A DNA stretch of 64,000 bases, taken from the NCBI GenBank assembly GCA_945906935.1, contig CAMDSO010000003.1:13251-77250 (forward strand). The letters are read 5' to 3'. Source of the stretch: Bordetella parapertussis. Lineage in GTDB: Bacteria > Pseudomonadota > Gammaproteobacteria > Burkholderiales > SG8-41. Positions within the stretch are counted from its first letter, which is position 1. Each line of letters starts with the position of its first letter. Shown piece by piece: positions 9,247-19,079 of this stretch. The translations under genes were made by a program, and so were the position numbers. A model generated the notes under the pieces. That model did no database searches and was not told the origin of the DNA. It saw nothing but the letters and a program-made list of their open reading frames with translations.

Positions 9247-10203
9247 ATGGTGGCCGCGCTCAGTCTGTCTGGCGTCGTGTCAGCAGCATTGGCGGCCGAA
9301 CCGGTTTACCCGGTTCGGCCGGTGCGGTTCATTGTGCCCTTCGCGCCCGGCGGCAGCACCGATACCCTTGCACGTACGCTTGCGCAACGCTTGTCCGATG
9401 CGCTCGGTCAGCAGGTGGTGGTCGATAATCGTGCCGGCGGCAATGGCAACATCGGCACGGAAATCGTCGCCCGTGCCGCGCCCGACGGACACAGCATTGT
9501 TCTGGGTTACATCGCCAACCTCGGCATAGGTCCGAGTCTTTACGCGAAACTGCCGTTTGATCCGGTGAAGGATTTCGCGCCGATCACATTGCTTGCAGTC
9601 GCCCCCAACATCCTGGTTGCACACCCTTCGGTGCCGGTGAAATCGGTGCGTGAACTGGTGGCCTATGCCAAGGCCAATCCACAGAAGGTCAATTACGCGT
9701 CGGCTGCGGTCGCCAGCCTCGGTCATCTGGCTGGTGAACTGCTGAACAGTTCAGCCGGCATTCAAATGCAACACGTGCCCTACAAGGGCAGTGGTCAGGC
9801 GGTGATCGACTTGCTCGCCGGCCAGATACAGATCATGTTCAGCGGCATGTCATCAGTGATGCCGCATATTAAGGGCGCCAAGCTGCGCCCGCTCGCGGTG
9901 ACCGGTGCGCGGCGTTCCGCGGCAGCCCCAGAGGTGCCGACGATTGCTGAATCCGGTTACCCGGGGTTTGAGGCCAGCGCCTGGTACAGCGTGATGGCGC
10001 CGGCCGGGACACCACGGTCCGTGGTGATGCGTCTGAACAGCGAGATTCTGCGTGCGCTCAAAGTGCCCGAAGTGAAAGAGCGGCTCGAAAACGTCGGCTT
10101 TGAAATCGTTGGTAGTTCGCCCGATGAATGCGCAGCGTACATACGCAGTGAAATCGTCAAATGGGCCAAGGTCGTGAAGGCCTCCGGCATCAAAGCCGAA
10201 TGA
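9247..10203 (+). CDS. Bug family (TctC-like) substrate-binding protein
   Basis: ORF 9070..10203 trimmed to the ATG at 9247 (MVAALSLSGVVSAALAAEPVYPVRPVRFIVPF). Motifs 'GGSTD', 'VVVDNRAGGNG', 'PDGHS', 'VPYKGSG' are present. It is the first of three tandem paralogues. Confidence 0.9.
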   Translation: MVAALSLSGVVSAALAAEPVYPVRPVRFIVPFAPGGSTDTLARTLAQRLSDALGQQVVVDNRAGGNGNIGTEIVARAAPDGHSIVLGYIANLGIGPSLYAKLPFDPVKDFAPITLLAVAPNILVAHPSVPVKSVRELVAYAKANPQKVNYASAAVASLGHLAGELLNSSAGIQMQHVPYKGSGQAVIDLLAGQIQIMFSGMSSVMPHIKGAKLRPLAVTGARRSAAAPEVPTIAESGYPGFEASAWYSVMAPAGTPRSVVMRLNSEILRALKVPEVKERLENVGFEIVGSSPDECAAYIRSEIVKWAKVVKASGIKAE

Positions 10204-11150
10204 GATGCGCCGCGGCAGCGCTCTTCCTGCTGTCCGGTCTCTGCTGTGCCCAATCTTATCCAGTGAAGCCGGTGCGCCTGATTGCTGCGTCCTCGCCAGG
10301 TAGTGCGGTCGATATCGTTTCGCGCGTGATCGCGCAAAAATTATCCGATCAAATTGGCCAGCAGGTGGTGGTTGATAATCGGGCTGGCGCAGGCGGCAAC
10401 CTTGGCGCCGAGCTGGCGGCGCGCGCCCCCGCCGATGGTTACACGCTGTTCATGGCGACCCCGGCGCAGGCCATCAACACCGGGTTGTATCGCAAACTGG
10501 ATTACGATCTGACGCGAGATTTTGTAGCGGTCAGTCTGTTGACCATCGGACACTATTGCGTCGCCGTGCATCCCTCGCTGCCCGTAACTTCGGTGAAGGC
10601 ATTGATTGCGCTGGCGCGTAGCCGCAGCGGCCAGCTGAATTACGCGTCGGCGGGCAACGGCAATGCGACCCATCTGGCCGGTGCATTGTTCAACAGCATG
10701 GCACGGGTTGATCTCGTGCATGTCCCTTACAAAGGTTCTGGCCCGGGACTGACCGATTTGATCGGCGGACAGGTGCAGGTGATGTTTCCCAATCTCACCG
10801 CCGCCATCCCCTATGTCAAGGCCGGTCGTTTGCGCGCGCTCGCGGTGAGCGGGGAGAAGCGCTCTTCGATCATGCCGGAACTGCCAACCGTGAGCGAGGC
10901 GGGCGTACCCGGCTACCGCGTCATTTCCTGGTTCGGCATGATGGCGCCTGCAGCGGTGCCGGCGGAAATTGTCGCCCGCTTGCAGCGTGAGTTGACGCTT
11001 ACCATGCGCGCCACCGAGGTGCGCGGCAAACTCGCCGGCGAAGGCGCCGAGCCGATGGCAAGCACGCCTGAATTCTTTGCTACTTTTATCAAATCGGAAA
11101 TTACGCAATGGGTGAAGGTGGTGCGCGAAGCCCGTATCAGCGCGGAGTGA
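10200..11150 (+). CDS. Bug family (TctC-like) substrate-binding protein
   Basis: ORF 10161..11150 trimmed to the ATG at 10200, which overlaps the preceding stop (gaATGAg). It has a signal peptide MRCAAAALFLLSGLCCAQSYPVKPVRL plus 'VVVDNRAGAGG' and 'VPYKGSG'. Confidence 0.9.
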   Translation: MRCAAAALFLLSGLCCAQSYPVKPVRLIAASSPGSAVDIVSRVIAQKLSDQIGQQVVVDNRAGAGGNLGAELAARAPADGYTLFMATPAQAINTGLYRKLDYDLTRDFVAVSLLTIGHYCVAVHPSLPVTSVKALIALARSRSGQLNYASAGNGNATHLAGALFNSMARVDLVHVPYKGSGPGLTDLIGGQVQVMFPNLTAAIPYVKAGRLRALAVSGEKRSSIMPELPTVSEAGVPGYRVISWFGMMAPAAVPAEIVARLQRELTLTMRATEVRGKLAGEGAEPMASTPEFFATFIKSEITQWVKVVREARISAE

Positions 11151-11194
11151 TACTGCGTGTCGACCAACCATACAAATACTGTCCGGAGGTTATT

Positions 11195-12181
11195 GTGAAG
11201 CAATTGCAAAACATAACTGCGCTTTCAATCGTCGCGGTGATTGTTGCTGCTGTGGTCACGCCGGCGTTAGGCACTGATACCGATTATCCGAGTAAACCTG
11301 TGCGTATGATCGCGCCCTATCCGCCTGGCGGCACCTCTGACATCATCGCGCGGATTATCGGCCAGAAGTTGAATGAAGCCTGGGGGCAGCAGGTGGTGGT
11401 CGATAATCGCGCCGGAGCCAACGGTGGCATCGGCAGTGAGCTGGCGGCGAAATCAGCCGCTGATGGATATACCTTGCTGGTTGGCAATATGACGCCGATT
11501 GCGGCCAACCCCTCGCTCTACGCGAAGCTTGGGTATGACCCGCTGCGCGATTTCGCCGGCGTCACGCTGGTGGCGGCAGGCCCTAATGTCTTGGTGGTGA
11601 ATCCATCATTGCCTGTGAAGTCGGTGCAGGAATTGACCGCCTACGCAAAAGCTAATCCCAGCAAACTAAACTTTGGTTCCGGCGGCGCCGGTTCGCCTGC
11701 GCATCTGGCCGGTGAAATGTATAAAACCATGACCGGCGTGGCGATGACGCATGTGCCTTACAAGGGCACGGTGTTATCGGTCAACGATCTGATCGCGGGT
11801 CAGGTTCAAGTCGTGTTTTCCGATGCGCCACCGGCGGTACCGCACGTAAAGAGCGGGAAATTGCGCGCGCTGGCCGTTACCGGTGCCAAGCGCACTCCGC
11901 TGTTGCCGGAACTGCCAACAGTCGCTGAAGCCGGTGTGCCCGGGTTCGCCTTTGATAATTGGTGGGGCATACTGGTGCCGGCAGGTACGCCGAAGCCGGT
12001 GATCGGTCGCATCAATGCCGAGATCGTCAAGGCGATGCAAACGGCCGACGTCAAGGAACGCTTTGCCAATCTAGGCGTAGAGGCGATCCACAGCACACCG
12101 GCTGCCTTTGATGATTACATCAAGTCGGAATACGCCAAGCTGGCGAAAGTGATCAAAGCGTCGGGCGCACGCGCCGACTGA
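11195..12181 (+). CDS. Bug family (TctC-like) substrate-binding protein
   Basis: ORF 11108..12181 trimmed to the GTG at 11195, 5 nt after GGAGG (11185-11189). It reads VKQLQNITALSIVAVIVAAVV...YPSKPVRMIAPYPPGGTSD, with 'VVVDNRAGANGG' and 'VPYKGT'. Confidence 0.85.
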   Translation: MKQLQNITALSIVAVIVAAVVTPALGTDTDYPSKPVRMIAPYPPGGTSDIIARIIGQKLNEAWGQQVVVDNRAGANGGIGSELAAKSAADGYTLLVGNMTPIAANPSLYAKLGYDPLRDFAGVTLVAAGPNVLVVNPSLPVKSVQELTAYAKANPSKLNFGSGGAGSPAHLAGEMYKTMTGVAMTHVPYKGTVLSVNDLIAGQVQVVFSDAPPAVPHVKSGKLRALAVTGAKRTPLLPELPTVAEAGVPGFAFDNWWGILVPAGTPKPVIGRINAEIVKAMQTADVKERFANLGVEAIHSTPAAFDDYIKSEYAKLAKVIKASGARAD

Positions 12182-12200
12182 TCTGCAGGGCGCAGGCGCT

Positions 12201-13160
12201 CTACGCGCGCCCGCGTGCCACGTGGTGGGTGACGACGTCCAATACCCGCGCACCAGTGTCTGTTTTGACCTCGGTACGCACCACGGCGATGGTTTTTCCG
12301 GCATGCACGACGCGTGATTTGACGACGAGCGCCTTGCCACGCCCGGGGCTGATGTAGCAGGCTGAAATATTCGACAGCATCATGTGGGCCGGCGCTGCGA
12401 CACAGGCGCAGCGTGCAGCAATGCCGACTGAAATGCCGCCTTGCACATGACCAACGCGGTTGCCGACGTGGGGGCCGACCGCAAAGCGTGTGCGGGCACC
12501 GTCGCGCGTGCGCACCGGCAGCCCGCCCCAAAAATGCTGGATGAAAGCCGGTTGGTCGGCGGCTTTGCGCAACGCATTCCGGCAGGCCTTGAATATGGGT
12601 TCTTCGTCGGCCAATAGTTCGCCTGCGCCGAGTGTGGCCGGCTGCGGCGGTGTTTCGTATTGCCATGGCAACGGTGCGAGGGCGACGCCGGGCGGCGGTT
12701 CGAGCGCGGCAAACTCTCCGCTGGTGTGGCAAATAATGCCGGCGCTGGTTGCGATGGTTGCACTTGCCAGCAACTGCTGGACGGCGGTAGCGGCGAAAGC
12801 GCCGAGTGGCTGCGCCGTTGAAGTGGCGGCGCTGGTGGCTGGCAGTCCAGTGAACTGCAGTTGCAAATGCAGCGTGGCGAGGCGTGCCCCCGCTGCGACC
12901 TGGTTGCGCGTCGCCGTGGCGAGCGAGCTGTCGGCGAGCATGCACAGCGCAGTGAGGTCGAGTATGCCCTGGTCGTCGCAGGTATGGGGCGCGTGCGGTA
13001 CCGACATGACCACTTCATCACCGTTGATGCGCGGCAGCGCCATGTCGAGAAAGTAGCCGGCGAAGTGCAATCCCGGGATACGGTTGCCGGCGATGCCGCG
13101 CAGAACCTGTGCGGTGATCTCGCCGGCTTGCGGGATTGGTGCAATGGTGTTTTTAGGCAT
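12201..13160 (-). CDS. tandem hotdog-fold (PaaI-like) thioesterase
   Basis: ORF 12201..13469 trimmed to the ATG at 13160, because the upstream part overlaps orn. Two PaaI-like halves are visible: 'NRIPGLHFAGYFL...LTALCMLADSSL' and 'GNRVGHVQGGISVGIAARCA...VVHAGKTIAVVRTEV'. Confidence 0.6.
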   Translation of the reverse strand: MPKNTIAPIPQAGEITAQVLRGIAGNRIPGLHFAGYFLDMALPRINGDEVVMSVPHAPHTCDDQGILDLTALCMLADSSLATATRNQVAAGARLATLHLQLQFTGLPATSAATSTAQPLGAFAATAVQQLLASATIATSAGIICHTSGEFAALEPPPGVALAPLPWQYETPPQPATLGAGELLADEEPIFKACRNALRKAADQPAFIQHFWGGLPVRTRDGARTRFAVGPHVGNRVGHVQGGISVGIAARCACVAAPAHMMLSNISACYISPGRGKALVVKSRVVHAGKTIAVVRTEVKTDTGARVLDVVTHHVARGRA

Positions 13161-13234
13161 GATCAAAGGGCGGTGCGCGGACAGGTTACCCGCTGGTCTC
13201 ACAGGTAACCGGCTGCGTTGCCGCAGCCGGGGCG

Positions 13235-13780
13235 TTAGACCTTGAGGAAATGCTCGCGGTAGTATTTGAGCTCGTTGATGGATTCGTGGATGTCGGCCAG
13301 AGCCTCGTGCTTGCCGTGTTTGACAAAACCGGCGGCCAGATCGGGGCGCCAGCGCTTCATCAATTCCTTCAGTGTGCTGACATCGAGGTTGCGGTAATGG
13401 AAGAACGCCTCCAAGGCCGGCAGATAGCGCGCCATGAAGCGGCGGTCCTGATGGACGGTGTTGCCGCACATCGGCGAAGTGCTGGCGGGCGAATAGGCGC
13501 TGAGAAATTCAACCAGCCGGCGTTCGACCTCGGCCTCGGCCAGCGTCGATGCCTTGACGCGGTCGATGAGGCCGGATTTCGCATGCGTGCTCTTGTTCCA
13601 GGCGTCCATTGCCCCAAGCACAGCATCGCTTTGATGCACTACGAACACTGGTGCCTCAGCGACCGTATTGAGTTGTGAGTCGGTGACCACGATCGCGATT
13701 TCCAGCACGCGCTCGATTTCCGGGTTGAGGCCGCTCATTTCCATGTCGACCCACAATAGATTGTCGGGATTCGCAGCCAT
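13235..13780 (-). CDS. orn: oligoribonuclease
   Basis: 181 aa reading [38 protein letters not shown]...[13 protein letters not shown]...[17 protein letters not shown]. The DEDDh exonuclease motifs and the length match Orn. Confidence 0.95.
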   Translation of the reverse strand: MAANPDNLLWVDMEMSGLNPEIERVLEIAIVVTDSQLNTVAEAPVFVVHQSDAVLGAMDAWNKSTHAKSGLIDRVKASTLAEAEVERRLVEFLSAYSPASTSPMCGNTVHQDRRFMARYLPALEAFFHYRNLDVSTLKELMKRWRPDLAAGFVKHGKHEALADIHESINELKYYREHFLKV

Positions 13781-13859
13781 GATGATTTTTTTGCACCGGT
13801 TAAAACTAAACAGGCCCGCATTTTGTCATATTCACGCCGAGATAGGATAATCTTCGCCT

Positions 13860-15101
13860 ATGCATACCTTCACGATCCTGTTTCTCGCCGCGCTGGCGCT
13901 GACCACCACGCTCAAGATGTGGCTGGGCTTACGCCATATTCGTCACGTTGCCGCCGCCCGCGAGGCGGTGCCGGCTGAATTCGCCGCGGAAATCACCGCG
14001 GAGGCCCACCGAACGGCAGCCGACTATAGCAATACCAAAACCCGTCTTTCGCTGCTCAGTATTATCTTCGAAGCGGCGGTGGTTTTACTGCTCACTTTCG
14101 GCGGGGTGCTGCAGATGCTGGATGGGTTGAGCAGCGCCTGGTTTGAGCCCGGCGTCGCGCGCGGCGTGACGCTGATCATCATGCTGGGGGCCTTGATGGC
14201 GGTGATCGAGATGCCTTTTGACATCTATCGTACCTTCGTCATCGAGCAGCGCTTCGGCTTTAATAAAATGACGCCGCGTATGTTTATCCTCGATGGTATC
14301 AAGCATGCGCTGCTGGGCGCTGCGCTTGGTGTTCCGCTGGTCGCCGCCATCCTGTGGGTGATGGCGGGCATGGGGCCGGCATGGTGGCTGTATGCCTGGC
14401 TGGTCTGGGTGGCCTTCAACTTGATGGTATTGGCGATATTTCCAACCTGGATCGCGCCGCTGTTCAACAAATTTGCACCGCTTGAAGACCTTGCACTCAA
14501 GGCGCGTATCGAGGGTTTGCTGGAACGCTGTGGTTTCAAGGTCGGTGGCCTCATGGTGATGGATGGTTCAAAACGCTCCAGCCACGGCAACGCTTATTTC
14601 ACCGGCTTTGGCAAAACCAAACGTATCGTTTTCTTCGACACACTGCTTGAGCGCTTGTCACCGCAGGAAGTCGAGGCTGTGCTCGCACATGAACTCGGGC
14701 ACTTCAAGCACAGGCATGTGATCAAGCGCATGGTGTGGACGTTTGCCGTGAGCCTGGCTTTTCTCTGGCTGCTGGCGCAGTTGATAACGCAGACCTGGTT
14801 CTATACGGCGCTGGGCGTCAGCGCATCCTCGACTGCCATGGCGTTGCTGTTATTCTTTATTGTGGTGCCGCAATTCACCTTTTTGCTTTCGCCGCTGTCG
14901 AGTTATTACTCACGCAAGCATGAGTTTGAGGCTGATCACTATGCCACCGGGCAGGCGGCGGCCGCTGATTTGGTGACGGCGCTGGTCAAGCTCTACAAAG
15001 ACAACGCGGCGACGCTGACGCCGGACCCGCTACATTCGTTGTTCTACGATTCGCATCCCCCGGCGACCGCGCGTATTGCGCGCCTGAAAGCGGTCGTTTG
15101 A
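13860..15101 (+). CDS. M48 family (Ste24/HtpX-like) integral-membrane zinc metalloprotease
   Basis: 413-aa multi-TM ORF with the zinc motif 'HELGHFKHRH' and a downstream 'EFEAD'. It is divergent from orn. Confidence 0.85.
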   Translation: MHTFTILFLAALALTTTLKMWLGLRHIRHVAAAREAVPAEFAAEITAEAHRTAADYSNTKTRLSLLSIIFEAAVVLLLTFGGVLQMLDGLSSAWFEPGVARGVTLIIMLGALMAVIEMPFDIYRTFVIEQRFGFNKMTPRMFILDGIKHALLGAALGVPLVAAILWVMAGMGPAWWLYAWLVWVAFNLMVLAIFPTWIAPLFNKFAPLEDLALKARIEGLLERCGFKVGGLMVMDGSKRSSHGNAYFTGFGKTKRIVFFDTLLERLSPQEVEAVLAHELGHFKHRHVIKRMVWTFAVSLAFLWLLAQLITQTWFYTALGVSASSTAMALLLFFIVVPQFTFLLSPLSSYYSRKHEFEADHYATGQAAAADLVTALVKLYKDNAATLTPDPLHSLFYDSHPPATARIARLKAVV

Positions 15102-15102
15102 T

Positions 15103-15438
15103 ATGGGTGCGGCCGATCTTGCCCGTAAAAAATGCAAGCCTTGCGAGGGTGGCGTTGCACCGCTCAATGACAGCGAAGCGGCCATGTTGCTCGGTCAGAT
15201 CAAGGGGTGGCAATTAAACGGCACGGTGATCAGCAAAACGTATGAGTTCGCCAATTATTATCAAACCATGGCCTTCGTCAACGCGATGGCCTGGCTGGCG
15301 CACCGCGAAGATCATCACCCGGATATGAATGTCAGCTACAACCGCTGCCGGGTCGACTATACGACGCATGCGATCGGCGGGCTGTCGGAGAATGACTTTA
15401 TTTGCGCCGCCAAAGTTGATGCATTGTTCGAGTTATGA
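15103..15438 (+). CDS. phhB: 4a-hydroxytetrahydrobiopterin (pterin-4-alpha-carbinolamine) dehydratase
   Basis: 111 aa containing 'CKPCEGGVAPL', 'HREDHHPDM' and 'TH.IGGLSENDFI..AK'. The ATG follows the M48 gene stop by 1 nt. Confidence 0.9.
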   Translation: MGAADLARKKCKPCEGGVAPLNDSEAAMLLGQIKGWQLNGTVISKTYEFANYYQTMAFVNAMAWLAHREDHHPDMNVSYNRCRVDYTTHAIGGLSENDFICAAKVDALFEL

Positions 15439-15548
15439 CATTGCAGTTTCAATGATGTCGCATGCCTGTCACAGTCATCCATGTCATGACTTGCTGCATG
15501 CCCGATGTATTTCGGTTCTACCGCCGAGGTTGATGCATTGTTTATGCT

Positions 15549-16460
15549 TTGAATAAACGCAGTAACAAGGTTTCGACGCTGACCCTTGGCGGCTGTGTTG
15601 TCGCCAGTTTCGGTCGCAGCTTTATGGTCGAACTCGCGGATGGTTCACTGATTACCTGTACGACGCGCGGCAAACGCACCGATATCGCCTGTGGCGATCG
15701 CGTGCAGATCGCCATGACGGCGCCCGAGCAGGGCGTGATTGAAGCCATCGAGCCGCGTAACTCACTGTTTTACCGCTCCGACATTCAGCGCCAGAAATTG
15801 ATTGCCGCCAACGTGACCCGCATCGTCGTCGTACTGGCGGTGCCGACCTTGCACCGTCATTTGCTTGACCGCTGTTTGGCAGCCGCGGAATACGCTGAAA
15901 TCCCCGTGCTGCTCGCACTGAACAAAATGGATCTGCCGCAGTCGGATGTTGCGCTGGCCGCGCTCGATTTGTATCGCGCGCTCGGTTACGAAGTGCTGCC
16001 GCTGGCCGCCAAAATCGACATCGCACCTTTGCGTGTCGCGCTGGCCGGACATACCAGCGTGCTGGTCGGGCAATCGGGTATGGGGAAATCAACCATCATC
16101 AACCGCTTGCTGCCCGATGCCGCCGCACGTGTTGGTGAGCTCTCGGAAGCGCTCGGCAGCGGACGGCATACCACCACGCATGCGCGGCTTTATCATCTCG
16201 ATGCAAACAGCTCTATCATCGATTCGCCGGGCCTGCAGGAATTTGGTCTGCAACATGTCGAGACCACGGAACTGGCGCGTTGTTATGTCGAAATGCGTCC
16301 GCAGCTGGGGCGTTGCAAGTTCAATGATTGCCGGCATATGAGCGAGCCCGGTTGCGCCATCATTGCCTTGATGGAGAGTGGCTGCATCGATGCGGCGCGG
16401 GTCGCGTCCTATCGCGAGTTGTTATTGCAGATTGAAAATAAATCGCGCTACCGCGATTAA
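15549..16460 (+). CDS. rsgA: ribosome small-subunit-dependent GTPase A
   Basis: 303 aa with a circularly permuted GTPase: 'LNKMDL' (G4) comes before 'GQSGMGKSTIIN' (G1), and there is a C-terminal zinc knuckle 'CKFNDCRHMSEPGC'. The start as given is a TTG at 15549, so the exact start is uncertain. Confidence 0.9.
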   Translation: MNKRSNKVSTLTLGGCVVASFGRSFMVELADGSLITCTTRGKRTDIACGDRVQIAMTAPEQGVIEAIEPRNSLFYRSDIQRQKLIAANVTRIVVVLAVPTLHRHLLDRCLAAAEYAEIPVLLALNKMDLPQSDVALAALDLYRALGYEVLPLAAKIDIAPLRVALAGHTSVLVGQSGMGKSTIINRLLPDAAARVGELSEALGSGRHTTTHARLYHLDANSSIIDSPGLQEFGLQHVETTELARCYVEMRPQLGRCKFNDCRHMSEPGCAIIALMESGCIDAARVASYRELLLQIENKSRYRD

Positions 16461-16482
16461 ATTCCGTCGAGGAGCTCCCCCT

Positions 16483-17457
16483 TTGTCTATCAGATTGCTG
16501 CCTGGCGTCTTCGCCGTCGTCGTCCTCGTCTTTTCAGTGACTACGGCGTTTGCCCAAGCGTGGCCGGCGCGTCCGCTACGCGTCATTGCGGCGCAAAGCC
16601 CAGGCGGTGTGACTGATATGTTGGCGCGTACTTTGGCGCAAAAATTCAGCGAAACATGGCGGCAACCGGTGGTGGTGGAAAACCGTGCCGGCGCGGCGGG
16701 TGCGATCGGCACCGAGGTGGTCGTCAAGGCGGCGCCTGATGGTTACACATTGCTGTTGTCTTCCTCGGGCCCCATTGTCATCAATCCGGGCCTGTATCCG
16801 AAACTGGGGTATGACCCCTTGCGTGATCTGACGGCGGTGGCCTTCGTTGCGGCTTCACCCTTGATGCTGGTGGTTCATCCGTCGCTGCCGGTGCAATCGG
16901 TCAAGGCGCTGGTGGCGCTGGCACGGGCGCAGCCGGAACGTTTGAGCTACGCCTCGGGGGGCAATGGTTCGCCCGCCCATCTGACCGCCGAATTGTTCAA
17001 ATCTGAAACCGCAACGCGTCTTACGCATGTGCCCTTCAAGGGTTCGGCGCCCGCCGTACTGGCCCTGGTCGGCGGACAGATCGAGTTGTCTTTTACGACG
17101 ATCGTGATTTCGATGCCGCAGGTCAAAAGCGGGCGTTTGCGAGCGCTGGCGGTGACTTCGCCTCAGCGTTCACCGGCAGTGCCGGCGTTGCCGACGATGA
17201 TCGAAGCGGGGATTCCCGGCTTTGAATCGCAGCAGTGGTTCGGTTTATTTGCGCCGGCTGCCTTGCCGAAGGATATCGTCGCACGCTTGCATGGCGAGAC
17301 CCGGCGCGTCATGGAGCATCCGGACATCCGTGAGCGGCTAGCCGCAGACGGCGGTGAACCCATAGCCATGACGACCGATCAATTCACGGCGTTTATTCGC
17401 GCCGACGCGGCGCGCTGGATGAAGGTAATCAAAACCTCGGGTGCCAGCGCTGACTAG
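16483..17457 (+). CDS. Bug family (TctC-like) substrate-binding protein
   Basis: ORF 16378..17457 overlaps rsgA if untrimmed. The in-frame TTG at 16483 lies 9 nt after GGAG (16471-16474) and gives the signal peptide LSIRLLPGVFAVVVLVFSVTTAFAQAWPARPLRVI. Motifs 'VVVENRAGAAG' and 'VPFKGS' are present. The start is tentative. Confidence 0.8.
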   Translation: MSIRLLPGVFAVVVLVFSVTTAFAQAWPARPLRVIAAQSPGGVTDMLARTLAQKFSETWRQPVVVENRAGAAGAIGTEVVVKAAPDGYTLLLSSSGPIVINPGLYPKLGYDPLRDLTAVAFVAASPLMLVVHPSLPVQSVKALVALARAQPERLSYASGGNGSPAHLTAELFKSETATRLTHVPFKGSAPAVLALVGGQIELSFTTIVISMPQVKSGRLRALAVTSPQRSPAVPALPTMIEAGIPGFESQQWFGLFAPAALPKDIVARLHGETRRVMEHPDIRERLAADGGEPIAMTTDQFTAFIRADAARWMKVIKTSGASAD

Positions 17458-17481
17458 CGCTAAGAGTGTCTCGCCGCGGGC

Positions 17482-18411
17482 TTATACCGCGCGTGCAAGC
17501 GTCACCAGCAGAACCAGAAAGAGCCACAGGACCAGCGCGCGCCAGATCAGGCCAGCGGCGGCGTCCATCGTATCGACGTCAGCGTCGGGGCCATCACCGA
17601 GTTGCGGGCGGTATTGAATGCCGCTGTCCTCATGCAACACGCCGCCGAGCTTGATGCCCAGCGCGCCGGCCGCTGCCGACAGCAAGATGCCTTGCTGCGG
17701 CGTGCGCCATGTCGTGGCTTGCGCACGCCAGCATTCAACCGCCCCCATGAAGTCTCCCGCCACCGCGAATCCGAAGGCGGTCAGGCGCAGCGGCAACCAG
17801 TCCATCACGGCAAAGGCACGTGCCGCAAACAAACCAAAGGCGCCGGTGTCGCCGTCACGCGCTGAGCCCCAGCGATCACTGACCAGCGCTGCCAGCCGGT
17901 AGACAATCGCGCCAGCTGCACCGAGCAGCACAAACCAGACGATCACGCCGAACACGTGGCGGTGCGAACGCAGCAGGCCGAGTTCGATGGCGACACGCGC
18001 GACTTCGTCGGCCGTCAGTTCACCAGCACTGTCGCCACGCCAGCGCGCGATGACGGCACGCGCACGCGGCAGATCGCCGGCGCGCAATGCGGTTGCGGCA
18101 TCGGTATAAAAGTGGCTGAACTGGCGGAAACCGAGAGCGACATAGAGCACCACCACATTCCAGGCTAGTACCGCGATCCAGTTCAGCTGGCGTGACAACA
18201 GATACACCCCCCAGGTCAGCACGGCGGCGGGAATCACGGCGAGCGTCCAGGAAATCAGGCCGTCACGATATTGACCGGCATTGAGCGACTGGGCGAGCCG
18301 GTTGACGTAGCCGGCAAACGTCGCATAGAGAACATTGCCGGTGCGCAGGGGCCGCCATTGTTCAAGCAGCAAGGCAAGGATAAGCGCGAGAAAAGTCATG
18401 TTGGACGGCAA
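17482..18411 (-). CDS. CobD/CbiB family (AmpE-like) membrane protein
   Basis: 309-aa polytopic membrane ORF. Its N-terminus 'FLALILALLLEQWRPL' is typical of this family. Confidence 0.6.
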   Translation of the reverse strand: MPSNMTFLALILALLLEQWRPLRTGNVLYATFAGYVNRLAQSLNAGQYRDGLISWTLAVIPAAVLTWGVYLLSRQLNWIAVLAWNVVVLYVALGFRQFSHFYTDAATALRAGDLPRARAVIARWRGDSAGELTADEVARVAIELGLLRSHRHVFGVIVWFVLLGAAGAIVYRLAALVSDRWGSARDGDTGAFGLFAARAFAVMDWLPLRLTAFGFAVAGDFMGAVECWRAQATTWRTPQQGILLSAAAGALGIKLGGVLHEDSGIQYRPQLGDGPDADVDTMDAAAGLIWRALVLWLFLVLLVTLARAV

Positions 18412-18451
18412 TCGACACGGTTTGGAAATAACACTGAGGGGTCACTATATG

Positions 18452-19060
18452 TCAGGTAGCGTTTACACTCAATCGCCGCCACACCAGGGTGCGGTTGTTG
18501 GCTGGCATAGCGAGATCGTCTTCGAGCGCCAGACCGGCGCGGGCGGCAAGTGTGCAGAGCGCTTCGAAATCACGCAGGCCACTGACCGGATCGCGCGCTT
18601 TAAGCCATTGGTCGAATTGCGCGTTGCTCTCCGAGGTAGTGGTGCTGCCGTAGTTAAACGGCCCATAAACGGCGAGTACGCCGTCCAGGGTTAATACTTT
18701 GGCCACACCGGCAAAAAATTTTTCGACGTGAGGCCACGACATGATGTGCAGCGTGTTGGCGGTGAAGACGCCGTCAAACGTGACGTCAGGCCAACGGCCA
18801 GCGACATCCAGCATGAGCGCAGACCGCAGGTTGGGCAGTTGCGCATCCGCCAGCCAGGCGTGGATACCGGCGTGCAGGGGCGCCAACTCGCTGGTTTGCC
18901 AGATGATGTGGGGTAGTCCAGCGGCGAAATGCACCGCATGTTGTCCGCTGCCGGAGCCGACCTCGAGCACGTGCTTGCACGTCCCAAACGCGATCTTCAG
19001 CACCGCAAGCAGCGGCCCGCAGTTGCGTGCGCAGGCTTCGGAGTAAGGTTTCTCCATCAT
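18452..19060 (-). CDS. DUF938 domain protein (class I SAM-dependent methyltransferase fold)
   Basis: 202 aa reading MMEKPYSEACARNCGPLLAVLK...VLEVGSGSGQHAVHFA. It has the glycine-rich SAM motif and the DUF938-typical N-terminus. Confidence 0.75.
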   Translation of the reverse strand: MMEKPYSEACARNCGPLLAVLKIAFGTCKHVLEVGSGSGQHAVHFAAGLPHIIWQTSELAPLHAGIHAWLADAQLPNLRSALMLDVAGRWPDVTFDGVFTANTLHIMSWPHVEKFFAGVAKVLTLDGVLAVYGPFNYGSTTTSESNAQFDQWLKARDPVSGLRDFEALCTLAARAGLALEDDLAMPANNRTLVWRRLSVNAT

Positions 19061-19079
19061 GTAAACACACCCGTTCGGG

